64,000 nt of DNA from Candidatus Bathyarchaeum sp. (GCA_016930555.1 JAFGGM010000051.1:4715-68714), one strand, 5' to 3'; counted from the stretch's first letter, positions 41,926 through 50,776 are shown. Numbers and translations: made by a program. The notes: generated by a model not told the origin, from the letters alone.

Positions 41926-42992
41926 CGTTCTATCACAGCTTCTTCTTTCACCAATGTTCCGAAATGCCTGCCTCCCTCTTCCACACGAGCCAATATCTTA
42001 TCTCCCTTCTGCAGGTTCGTGACTGCTTTGGAGCCTTCGGGAGTCACAACGCGTATGGTTTCGGCATTCTGAGCAATCAGCTTCAAAGTTAGGCCACCAC
42101 AATCCGCTTCAATAAGCAGCATAGGTCTCCACTCAATTTTCGACCGTGCAACATTCGTCAGCCTGACTCTTCCTTCGCGGTCAACCACTAGAACTTCTTC
42201 TCCAGCCTTCAACTCCGACAAGTATCTAGTTCTTGTTGGAGAAGTCAAGGCATACAAAGAAAGGGGACCAGCATTCACCCTGAAGGGACGAGTCTCTACA
42301 TATGGGCTTTCATGAACTTCAGCCTGAACCAAAAAAAGACCAGAGGACTGGCAACCCAAAAGCATACCCTCTCCAGGCTTCATAAGATCGCACGTGTCAA
42401 TGCAGGCTCGGGCGCCAGTACCAATCTCCTTCACGCAAGTAACTTCAACAGCAACCAATGCAAGGGTAAAATGGCGCTTCTTGGCAATCTCTACTGTCCT
42501 CTTTAGTTCTTCTGCGTCTGCTGTTTTCAGTAATACTCCGTCTGAGCCAAGCTCCAACGTTTCTAGGGCAACTTTTGCCTCTTTTGTGCTGGAGACTTCT
42601 GCGATAAGTTTGGTTTTATCTCTGGTTTTGGCGATGAGGTTCTCTAGGGGAATTATTTTCCAGTCCGGAGTACCGACAATGATATAGTCGGAGTTGAGTC
42701 CAACCGCTTCTATTGCTGTTTCTTCATCCTTTTTTCCCGTGATAACGATTTTTACAGCCGTGGTTTTGCCCTTAACCTTTAATGTTTTAAGTTTCTCTGG
42801 GTCAAGGGTTGAAAGAACAACTATGTCTGCTTCTTCTGATGTTGAGGCAGCATTTACTCCAGCTTTCTTGGCTTTCTCCAAATCTTCGGGACCAACAAGC
42901 ACGGCATTGCAGGTCCTAGCTGCAGACTTTAGCAACTTGGTTTTCTGGGATTCCGAAAGAGAAGCTTCTATTTCAAGCCAGAGTTCCTTCAT
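41922..42992 (-). CDS. 3-dehydroquinate synthase II (AroB')
   Basis: DWKIIPLENLIA, LELGSDG, RACIDTC, RPFRVNAG, QNAETIR, RHFG. Confidence 0.93.
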   Translation of the reverse strand: MKELWLEIEASLSESQKTKLLKSAARTCNAVLVGPEDLEKAKKAGVNAASTSEEADIVVLSTLDPEKLKTLKVKGKTTAVKIVITGKKDEETAIEAVGLNSDYIIVGTPDWKIIPLENLIAKTRDKTKLIAEVSSTKEAKVALETLELGSDGVLLKTADAEELKRTVEIAKKRHFTLALVAVEVTCVKEIGTGARACIDTCDLMKPGEGMLLGCQSSGLFLVQAEVHESPYVETRPFRVNAGPLSLYALTSPTRTRYLSELKAGEEVLVVDREGRVRLTNVARSKIEWRPMLLIEADCGGLTLKLIAQNAETIRVVTPEGSKAVTNLQKGDKILARVEEGGRHFGTLVKEEAVIER

Positions 42993-43789
42993 CGGGATTC
43001 ACCAAGAATCTTCATGGCTTCAGAGACCGACGCGTTGTCATGGACAATGGCTGATAAGGCTTTAACCATCTTTGTAGGGTCCTTATGCTGAAATACGTTC
43101 CGTCCGATAGAAAGTCCTGCACCCCCAGCAGTTATGGAATTTTTTACCATCTGCAGAACATCACGTGGAGTCTCAGCTATTGGTCCACCCGCGATAATGA
43201 CTGGAACGGGGCAGCTATCGATGACCTGTTTGAAGGATTCGGTGTCGCCAGTGTAGTTTGTTTTAATTACGTTGGCACCCAACTCTGCACCTAAGCGAGC
43301 TGCATGAGCCACCACATCCACAGCATGGGGATCTTTGATATTTGGTCCTCGAGGATACATCATAGCCAACAAGGGCATCCCAAAATCGTCACATTCGCAG
43401 GCTACTTTTCCCATGGTTGACAGCATCTCAGTTTCATGTTCAGCACCAACATTAACGTGAACCGACACAGCATCAGCGCCCAATCTAACAGCATCGGCTA
43501 CAGAACCTATTTGCACTTTATAGTTTGGATTAGGACAACGTAGGGTGATTCCAGACAGATGAACGATTAATCCAGCGTTTCCAGTGTCAACGGTTTTGGC
43601 GATGCCTCTATTGATTACAACTGCATCAGCGTCACCATCTAGCAACTTGTTGATTATCTCTTGCATGTTTACTAGTCCCTTGACTGGCCCAATAGTTACG
43701 CCGTGGTCCATCGGAACAATCACTGTTTTTTTGTCACTTCGGAAGATTCGTCTCAGTCGCCTAGTTTTACCTGATTCCAAAACTTTCAT
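42989..43789 (-). CDS. 2-amino-3,7-dideoxy-D-threo-hept-6-ulosonate synthase (AroA', DhnA-type aldolase)
   Basis: PMDHG, MMYPRG, AELGA..IKT.YTG, AGGP, GRNVFQ; adjacent to AroB'. Confidence 0.88.
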   Translation of the reverse strand: MKVLESGKTRRLRRIFRSDKKTVIVPMDHGVTIGPVKGLVNMQEIINKLLDGDADAVVINRGIAKTVDTGNAGLIVHLSGITLRCPNPNYKVQIGSVADAVRLGADAVSVHVNVGAEHETEMLSTMGKVACECDDFGMPLLAMMYPRGPNIKDPHAVDVVAHAARLGAELGANVIKTNYTGDTESFKQVIDSCPVPVIIAGGPIAETPRDVLQMVKNSITAGGAGLSIGRNVFQHKDPTKMVKALSAIVHDNASVSEAMKILGESR

Positions 43790-43795
43790 TCTCCT

Positions 43796-44833
43796 TTAGA
43801 TGAATTTCTTTACCTTCAAGTATTCTGCGTTAAGGATGCCACATCCAGCAGCTCCACGTATAGTATTATGCCCTAAAGCAATAAATTTGACTCCATCGAA
43901 CACAGAGTCTCTACGGATTCTGCCCACCACAGTGCTCATGCCCTTGCCTTCCATCCTGTCCAATCGTGTTTGGGGACGATTATTCTCCGACGTAACAACA
44001 ACGGGCTTTTCTGGGGCAGACGGAAGCTTAAGCTCTTGAGGTTCGCCTACCCAATTTTCCATAGCCTCAGCTACAGCAGCTGGATCCGCATACTTCTTTG
44101 TTTCAACGAAAACAGCTTCCAAGTGCCCATCAATTGTTGGAACTCTGTGGCAGCTTGAGGAAACCTTGAAGTCTGCTGGCTTAGAGGCTGTTCCTAGAAT
44201 CTTCTGTGTTTCAGACTCCATTTTGGGCTCTTCTCCTCCAATGTAGGGAATAACGTTGTCAATAATGTCCAAGGAAGCTACGCCTGGGTATCCCGCGCCC
44301 GATATGGCCTGCATCGTAGACACTACAACACTTTTGATGCCGAACATATCATAGATTGGTTTCAGCGGCAAAGTTAGAACGGTTGTACTGCAGTTAGGAT
44401 TTGTGACAATGGCGCCCTCCCATTTTCTGTTTCTGCGCTGCTCTTCAATTAGGCTGATGTGGCTGCAGTTTATTTCAGGGTTTAACATAGGAACGTCAGG
44501 GTCCATCCTGTGGGCTGACGCATTACTGACTATCACGTAACCTGCAGCAGCAAAATCTTCTTCCATCTTTCCAGCAACATCTGATGGCAGCGCCGAGAAT
44601 ATTATGTCAACATCTTTGACTGCTTTCGGTGATATGTCTACAACATCCATTGGAGCGACAGCTTCTGGAATCGCTGTTGTTTGTCGCCATCTGGAGGCTT
44701 CACCATATGTTCTTCCTGTGCTTCTTTCGGATGCTGCAACAGTTGTAACTTCGAACCAGGGATGCCCCTCAAGTAGTTGGACGAAGATTTGTCCGACATT
44801 GCCTGTTGCTCCTAACACAGCTGCTTTCAACAT
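43796..44833 (-). CDS. asd: Aspartate-semialdehyde dehydrogenase
   Basis: LGATGNVGQ, NPNCST, QAISGAG, HRVP, GHNTIRGAAG. Confidence 0.96.
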   Translation of the reverse strand: MLKAAVLGATGNVGQIFVQLLEGHPWFEVTTVAASERSTGRTYGEASRWRQTTAIPEAVAPMDVVDISPKAVKDVDIIFSALPSDVAGKMEEDFAAAGYVIVSNASAHRMDPDVPMLNPEINCSHISLIEEQRRNRKWEGAIVTNPNCSTTVLTLPLKPIYDMFGIKSVVVSTMQAISGAGYPGVASLDIIDNVIPYIGGEEPKMESETQKILGTASKPADFKVSSSCHRVPTIDGHLEAVFVETKKYADPAAVAEAMENWVGEPQELKLPSAPEKPVVVTSENNRPQTRLDRMEGKGMSTVVGRIRRDSVFDGVKFIALGHNTIRGAAGCGILNAEYLKVKKFI

Positions 44834-44835
44834 TT

Positions 44836-46086
44836 TTAGTCACCATTCAATGCTTCTTTAACTAATTTTAGAGCCTTCTCTTTTTCTTCCCAGTCAACAA
44901 ATAAAAGAATACTGGAAGTGATTGTGATAAGTCCAAAAATATTTATACAGTTCACTCGTAGTGCCTCGGAGATTCTTCCTGTGAGACCTGGCGTCTTTTC
45001 TAATCCAACACCTTTGATTTTGAGGAAAGCTAACTGTTTTCGGACAGACATAGCCAAAGTTTCCACATGACTCAATATCACGTTATGCACTTCCTCCAGA
45101 AGCACCTTGGAATCAGAGTTCTCTGAGGCATAAAGAATCAAAGAATCATAATTCAGGGACAAGCCCAGCAGCTTTGCATGTTTTTTCACCGTTTCAGCAA
45201 GCTGTTTTATGACATCGGGATTCTCTGACACTCCTATCCCTACGACAGTGATGGACATTCCAGAAGATGGATATTCTAGCTCTACATCCAAGTCTGCTGA
45301 GAGGGAGCCCGTGATCAACGTTCCTTCCGCATTTAGGTTGCCGTGACTATGTTTGATTACTCTGACTTTCACTGAGTCATCTTTGTATCGTAGCGCCTTC
45401 CTGTGAATGAATTTTGTTCCCGAATCGGCTAATCCAACTAAACTGTTCACGTCAATTTCTTGAAGCCGTTCAGGAGCGGCTATCACCTTGGGGTCTGCTG
45501 ACATAATTCCTTCAGCGTCCGTAACAAGAATAAGCTCATCAACGTCTAGAGCCTTCGCTAGGATAAATGCAGTTGTATCACTTCCCCCTCTTCCCAACGT
45601 CGTTACTCGGTTATCTTTTGTTTTACCCACGAAACCAGCAATCACGGGAATAATGCCCTTCTCTACGAGAGGAAGAACATTCTGTATAGCCCGTTCGTAG
45701 CAGACATCCAAGATGGGGTTAGCATCAGAAAACGAGTTATCTGTTATGATGGGCCATTCCGCGTCATGCGGATCAACGTAACGGGAATCCACTCCCTGCG
45801 CCTTTAGTGCCGCAGCGATTATTCTGATGCTTGTTCTTTCGCCCATGGCCAGAATCTCATCTAAGTCTGTCTTGTGTAACTTGCCATTGGAGCTGTTCTT
45901 TGCAGCATGAAAAAGTGTGTCGGTTGTTTTTCCCATAGCCGAAACGATGACCGCTATTTGGGTTCCCTTCTTTGCTTCTTCAGCAACTGCTGTAACTGCC
46001 CTCAATATCCGTTCGTGGTCTCCGAGGCTGGAGCCACCAAATTTAACCACAAGTCTTCTGCGATTTTTTTCAACGTTTTCTTTCAT
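44836..46086 (-). CDS. Aspartate kinase with ACT domains
   Basis: VVKFGGSS, VSAMG.TTD, GER, TTLGRGGSD.TA, ADP. Start placed at ATG 46086 after GGAGGG; the ORF track uses TTG 46104. Confidence 0.93.
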   Translation of the reverse strand: MKENVEKNRRRLVVKFGGSSLGDHERILRAVTAVAEEAKKGTQIAVIVSAMGKTTDTLFHAAKNSSNGKLHKTDLDEILAMGERTSIRIIAAALKAQGVDSRYVDPHDAEWPIITDNSFSDANPILDVCYERAIQNVLPLVEKGIIPVIAGFVGKTKDNRVTTLGRGGSDTTAFILAKALDVDELILVTDAEGIMSADPKVIAAPERLQEIDVNSLVGLADSGTKFIHRKALRYKDDSVKVRVIKHSHGNLNAEGTLITGSLSADLDVELEYPSSGMSITVVGIGVSENPDVIKQLAETVKKHAKLLGLSLNYDSLILYASENSDSKVLLEEVHNVILSHVETLAMSVRKQLAFLKIKGVGLEKTPGLTGRISEALRVNCINIFGLITITSSILLFVDWEEKEKALKLVKEALNGD

Positions 46087-46105
46087 ATCAACTAAACCCT
46101 CCAAG

Positions 46106-46232
46106 AAGCCCAGAAAGCTAAAGACGCTAAAGTTCAGCTAACTGGGCTTACTTATAGTAAAAATAGCCAAAGCTATAGAACTGCCAAAAAGTGTTCCATT
46201 TAGTCGTCGATTGGCTATTCAAAGACCCAGTT
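46106..46232 (-). promoter_or_regulatory. Alternative RNA stems in the aromatic-operon leader
   Basis: Inverted repeats 46142-49/46106-13 (8 bp plus a 7-bp inner stem), 46226-32/46140-46 (7 bp, competing for the same arm) and 46211-19/46162-70 (9 bp). Confidence 0.6.
46148..46222 (-). CDS. Candidate attenuator leader peptide of the aromatic operon, MNSQSTTKWNTFWQFYSFGYFYYK
   Basis: Codon-by-codon hand translation from TTG 46222 to TAA 46148 gives 2 Trp, 4 Phe and 4 Tyr. It lies between the TATA (46262-69) and the aspartate kinase gene. Confidence 0.7.
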   Translation of the reverse strand: MNSQSTTKWNTFWQFYSFGYFYYK

Positions 46233-46333
46233 TCCTTACCAAAAAGAAGGAACCCTGTTTCTTATATAAAAAAATATCGTATGCAAAGAATGTAGCAGGA
46301 AGACGGCTCTTAAGTACGCCTTGATTGTGATTC

Positions 46334-47686
46334 TTAAGTTTTAGGCAAATTTTTGAGGTAGTCTTTTGCTTCGTTGATGCTTTGGAAACCGTATTTGATT
46401 TCGGGGAAACTTTGCCTCAGTTTGATGATGTCTTTCTTCACGTCAGTAGAATTCCGTTTACCCTTTATTACTTCTAAGATGAGAGAACAAAGAGTTTCTA
46501 TGTCGTTGGGTTTGAAGCCTCTGCGGGTCACATCTTGGAAACCGATTCTTAGACCTGATGGGTCTCCACGATTGTGCTGATTGTCGTAGGGTAGAAGGTT
46601 CTTATTCAAAATTATGTTGGCGTCCTCAAGGTCGGAAGCAAGTTTTTGTCCTCCACCATAATCTCTGACATCAACAACAATCTGATGGGACATCGTAAAC
46701 CCATTCTTTCTGCCTAAGACTTCAATGCCATTCTCAAAGAGGCACTTACCTGCAGTTTGCGCATTCCTAATCGTCTGCTTAGCCAAATCTTTACCATACA
46801 GTTTTAGTTCCAAAGCAGCTAAACCCAAAGCAGGAAGCCTTCCAAGGTGAGAATTAGAGGTAGTCATAGGAAAAACTGCCTTCTGCACCTTCTTGATTGC
46901 CTTCTTCATCCGTTCATCTTCACAGTTAGCGAGGATAACGCCGCCTTGAGGTCCTGGAAAAGTTTTGTGGGTAGATGCAGTTATGAAGTCTACTCCATCT
47001 CCAAATGGGTCCTGAAATTCTCCGCCTGCAATCAAGCCCAGCACATGAGCTGCATCATAAACTATGTAGGCTCCTGTTTCTTTAGCAACCTTCACTAATT
47101 CTTTGACGGGATGGGGAAACTGGAAGACACTGCCTCCGAAAGTAACTATGCCTGGTCTAGTTCCCTCAATTATGGTTGCAGACTTTTCCGCATCAATGTT
47201 GAGTTCGTTCACATTGTAAGCATGATTGACAGTTTCTAACCCCAAGACTTTGCCTGCTAAGCCAGAGTAGTCATGAGTGATGTGCGCTCCAGCACTGAGA
47301 GGTAGAACTACCATTCGATTGTTTTTTGTTGCTGACGAGAGTCCCTTGAATGTTGCGAGGTTTGCATGGGTTCCTGAAACAAGCCTAACGTCAGTCCAGT
47401 TGCATCCGACCAGTTCTTTCATCAGGTCTGCTGTGTAGTTTTCGATTTTGGTCATGTATTTTTGTCCTTGATAGTGCCTTGCTTTAACGTGTCCATTAAG
47501 GTCGTTTTCGCCTTCAGCATATCTGGACTCCAAGTCATGTGTTTGGCTGAGCATTTCCTCTACTGCAGGAGATTTGAGTCCCTCACTTGCAATCAGGTTT
47601 ATGCACTCTTTTCCTCGGTATCGTTCATGAGCTTCGCTGGCGGTAATCAACCCAAGAGCTAACTTAAAGAATTCTTTTTCAACCAT
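46334..47686 (-). CDS. glyA: Serine hydroxymethyltransferase (archaeal type)
   Basis: INLIASE, RYAEG, SGTHAN, YDAAHVLGL, STHKTFPGPQGG, NKNLLP, GLRIG. Confidence 0.93.
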   Translation of the reverse strand: MVEKEFFKLALGLITASEAHERYRGKECINLIASEGLKSPAVEEMLSQTHDLESRYAEGENDLNGHVKARHYQGQKYMTKIENYTADLMKELVGCNWTDVRLVSGTHANLATFKGLSSATKNNRMVVLPLSAGAHITHDYSGLAGKVLGLETVNHAYNVNELNIDAEKSATIIEGTRPGIVTFGGSVFQFPHPVKELVKVAKETGAYIVYDAAHVLGLIAGGEFQDPFGDGVDFITASTHKTFPGPQGGVILANCEDERMKKAIKKVQKAVFPMTTSNSHLGRLPALGLAALELKLYGKDLAKQTIRNAQTAGKCLFENGIEVLGRKNGFTMSHQIVVDVRDYGGGQKLASDLEDANIILNKNLLPYDNQHNRGDPSGLRIGFQDVTRRGFKPNDIETLCSLILEVIKGKRNSTDVKKDIIKLRQSFPEIKYGFQSINEAKDYLKNLPKT

Positions 47687-47893
47687 TAGTCTTCCTCTCA
47701 GAAACTTATGGGCATATTGTTGGTTTTGAGCATTACGTCACTTATTTATATTTTCTTCACGGCGAGGTAACTTGTTAGTTGCTTTGAGGGACTCTTCTTG
47801 GTTAGCCATGAAACCTGTGACATTATCAGCAGTCAATATTTTGATTTCATAAAGCTTTTTTTATTTTTGATACTGATTTAATTTGTGGAAACA

Positions 47894-48040
47894 ATGAGCA
47901 AAAGGAAATTACATTACGGAGTACGCCTAACTACGGACCAACTAAAATACTTGAAAACTGTGGGCAAACCTTCCGAGTGGATACGGCAAGCAGTAGACGA
48001 AAAAAAAAGACGCGAAGAAATTAACCGCAGATCAAAATAA
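47894..48040 (+). CDS. Small ribbon-helix-helix (CopG-like) protein, 48 aa, not in the ORF track
   Basis: Hand translation: MSKRKLHYGVRLTTDQLKYLKTVGKPSEWIRQAVDEKKRREEINRRSK*. Beta-strand (YGVRL), a helix, then the SEWIRQAV helix. Confidence 0.65.
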   Translation: MSKRKLHYGVRLTTDQLKYLKTVGKPSEWIRQAVDEKKRREEINRRSK

Positions 48041-48219
48041 GCAAGCAAAAAAATCAGCAACCATATAATCCACGACAACAATCCCCAAAAGCAGATAAAA
48101 TAATATCGTTTTTCAGAACATAAGCTTAACATTTTGTGAAATAAATATAGGCAACTTTGCTCTCACCTACCGCAAACTAACTATTAAGAATAAACATGTA
48201 TAAAAAGTCAAAAAATTTC

Positions 48220-48353
48220 TGTCGGAAAAATTCTTTTTGAAAAGCTTTTTCCTCAAGAAAGTGTCGGATTCATTAAACATGATGGTTTTTAGTCCGACAC
48301 ATTTTTATATGTGATCTGTGAAATGCTCTCATCGAGAGTGATAATATGTCGGA
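48220..48353. promoter_or_regulatory. Four TGTCGGA boxes around the fae-hps promoter
   Basis: TGTCGGA at 48220, 48262 and 48347; reverse TCCGACA at 48293; TATA (TTTTTATAT) at 48302. Confidence 0.55.
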
Positions 48354-49794
48354 ATATGGCGGTAAAAAACCAGAAACAAAAGAAGAATTCATCAGATTGC
48401 TGGCGACAGCCAAGAAAGAGGAAAGAAAACTAAGAAGGACACAAGGGAGTAGGTCATCAAAACCGACAATTAAGGGTACTGCCGAGATTTTAGGAATTCA
48501 CCGTGATACCCTTTATCAGTGGATGAGAGAGTTTGATGTTGACTTTTCAGAAGTCAATGAAAGAAAACTAGTTTTTGAAGAAGCCATCAAACCCAAAGAG
48601 CACACATATCTGATTGGTGAGGCGCTAATTGGTGACGGAAACGAAATTGCTCACATCGATTTGTTGATTGGAGACAAAACAGGACCCATCGGGCAAGCCT
48701 TCGCTAATGGCTTATCAAACTTATCTGCCGGGCACACACCCCTTCTTGCAGTTATAAGACCAAATCTGCCACCAAAACCTCACACACTTCTGGTGCCGAA
48801 GGTTACTGTGAAAAATATGGAGCAGACAGGAAAAATTTTTGGTCCTGCTCAGGCGGCAGTAGCAAAGGCGGTTGCTGATGCTGTAGAGGAAGGAATTATT
48901 CCAGAGAATAAGGTTGACGATTGGGTGATCATATGCAGCGTCTTCATTCATCCTCAAGCTAAGGATTACCGCAGCATCTACCACTACAATTATGGAGCCA
49001 CAAAACTGGCGCTACAGAGAGCGTTAGACAATTATCCATCACTACAGAAGATAATGTATGATAAGGACAGGGCAAAGCATCCGATAATGGGCTTCAAAGT
49101 CCCTAGATTATGGAGACCTCCTTACCTTCAGATAGCTCTAGACAATCCTAACTTGGAAGGCGTCAAGAAAATCATAGGTGGACTACCAGAAAGTGACAGG
49201 ATCATACTTGAGGTCGGCACACCCTTGCTTAAGAAGTACGGCGTGAACGTCATTCGCGACATACGAAAAGTATCAAAAGACATGTTCATCGTAGCAGACC
49301 TAAAGACGCTGGACGTTGGAAAAGTCGAGGTTGACATGGCCTATGAGGAAACAGCAGATGCTGTAGTAGTCGCAGGTTTAGCAACCTCAGAAACCATTGA
49401 TAAATTCATCAAAGAGGCAAAAAGGCTGGGCATCTACGCAGTAATGGATCTGATGAACGTTGACGATCCTGTTGCAAAGCTTAAGTCACTTCAGAAATTG
49501 CCCGACGTAGCAATTCTGCACAGAGCCATAGATGCTGAGAAGACAGGCAAGACACGATGGGAACTAATCAAAGAGATGAGGCAAACATTTCAAGGTCATA
49601 AGTTTTTGATAGCAGTTGCTGGCGGAATAACTCCTGATACTGCGCCTGAAGCGTTGGCAAACGGAGCAGACATCATTATTGTGGGACGATATATAACACA
49701 ATCTAAGGATGTGGAACGGGCAACTAGAGAATTCCTGAAGAGCACACGAGAAATGGCAGAAGACATAGATCTTTTCAGAGTCCACGTGGAATAA
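48346..49794 (+). CDS. fae-hps: Bifunctional formaldehyde-activating enzyme / 3-hexulose-6-phosphate synthase with an extra N-terminal HTH domain
   Basis: Fae part: [47 protein letters not shown]. Hps part: [37 protein letters not shown]-terminal [18 protein letters not shown]. Confidence 0.92.
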   Translation: MSEYGGKKPETKEEFIRLLATAKKEERKLRRTQGSRSSKPTIKGTAEILGIHRDTLYQWMREFDVDFSEVNERKLVFEEAIKPKEHTYLIGEALIGDGNEIAHIDLLIGDKTGPIGQAFANGLSNLSAGHTPLLAVIRPNLPPKPHTLLVPKVTVKNMEQTGKIFGPAQAAVAKAVADAVEEGIIPENKVDDWVIICSVFIHPQAKDYRSIYHYNYGATKLALQRALDNYPSLQKIMYDKDRAKHPIMGFKVPRLWRPPYLQIALDNPNLEGVKKIIGGLPESDRIILEVGTPLLKKYGVNVIRDIRKVSKDMFIVADLKTLDVGKVEVDMAYEETADAVVVAGLATSETIDKFIKEAKRLGIYAVMDLMNVDDPVAKLKSLQKLPDVAILHRAIDAEKTGKTRWELIKEMRQTFQGHKFLIAVAGGITPDTAPEALANGADIIIVGRYITQSKDVERATREFLKSTREMAEDIDLFRVHVE

Positions 49795-49815
49795 AAGGGA
49801 ACGAAATCCCTTTTT
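49793..49815 (+). terminator. Hairpin plus U-tract after fae-hps
   Basis: AAAAGGGA-acgaaa-TCCCTTTT followed by a long T-rich stretch. Confidence 0.6.
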
Positions 49816-49839
49816 CTCTTCTCCATTTTTTGTTTGTTT

Positions 49840-50218
49840 TTAGCTTTTTTTGGCTATCGCGTCGATTTCCAATCGCACTCCCTCTATGAGACCAGCCTGC
49901 AATGTGGTTCGTGCGGGCGGATTTTGTCAAAATATTTGCTTTAAACCATGTTGAAGTTCTGGAAGTCTTTGAGGTCACTGAGGAACACAGAAGTTTTGAT
50001 AACGTCAGTTAAGTTTAGGTCAACGCTTTTGAGGATGTTCTTTAAGTTCTGTAGCATCTGACGGGTCTGTGCCTCAATTCTCCATCGACAATTTTTTTGG
50101 ATTTTGGGTCAATGAAAATTTGTCCAGAAATGAAGAGGAAGTCGTCATTGATTACTGCCTGCGAGTACTAACCTACAGGTTTGGGAGCTTTTTGCGTGAA
50201 ACCGATTCTTTTGATCAA
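49840..50218 (-). pseudogene. ridA: RidA (YjgF/YER057c/UK114) pseudogene
   Basis: Hand translation: ...APKPVG*YSQAV...LFISGQI.IDP / IEAQTRQMLQNLK.IL...DVIKTSVFL.D..DF..FN.V*SKYF / PPARTT...LEIDAIA. Two in-frame stops and two frameshifts. Confidence 0.88.
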
Positions 50219-50359
50219 TCAAATCAGTCCTCGTTAAGTTTTCGGTTGAAAGATAGTATATTGTTCGGAAATTGGTGGAAGCGAGTTGCTTAGTTTAAAA
50301 AATAAACAGATGTTTTAAATTTGGGAAACCATATTAACAAAAAAGGTTGGTGAAATAGT

Positions 50360-50776
50360 ATGCCTACAATTAAAGTAAGAGCAAAATTGATTGAAAACGT
50401 CCAATCAATAGCCGATAACACAAGAGGACATAGTATAGTTTTGGATTTGGGAGCAGCAAAAGGTGGAGACAATACTGGGCCATCAGCATTGGAGCTGGCG
50501 ATCATGTCTCTAGCTGACTGTGCTGTAACAATATTTGCTGACGTTGCCAAAAAAAGCAATATTGAAATTAGCGCAATGGAAGTTATTGCTGAGGCAGACA
50601 AGCCCGAGGACTCGCCCAAATTAAATGGTGTTACCATTAAAGTCACTGTTAAATCTAAAGAAAGAGAACAGAAACTCAACGCTGTCTGGAGGAGAACTGA
50701 AGCTAACTGTCCTGTCGTATCTATCTTCCAAGATAATATACCTATAAAAGTCGAGTTCGAAACAGTCGCTGAATAG
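50360..50776 (+). CDS. OsmC/Ohr-family protein
   Basis: GGDNTGPSALEL...SLADC, with a second Cys in NCPV. Confidence 0.85.
   Translation: MPTIKVRAKLIENVQSIADNTRGHSIVLDLGAAKGGDNTGPSALELAIMSLADCAVTIFADVAKKSNIEISAMEVIAEADKPEDSPKLNGVTIKVTVKSKEREQKLNAVWRRTEANCPVVSIFQDNIPIKVEFETVAE

Noticed and set aside
49840..50218. In-frame TAG in ridA as possible pyrrolysine or readthrough recoding
   Set aside because: It is accompanied by a TAA and two frameshifts, so pseudogenisation explains it.
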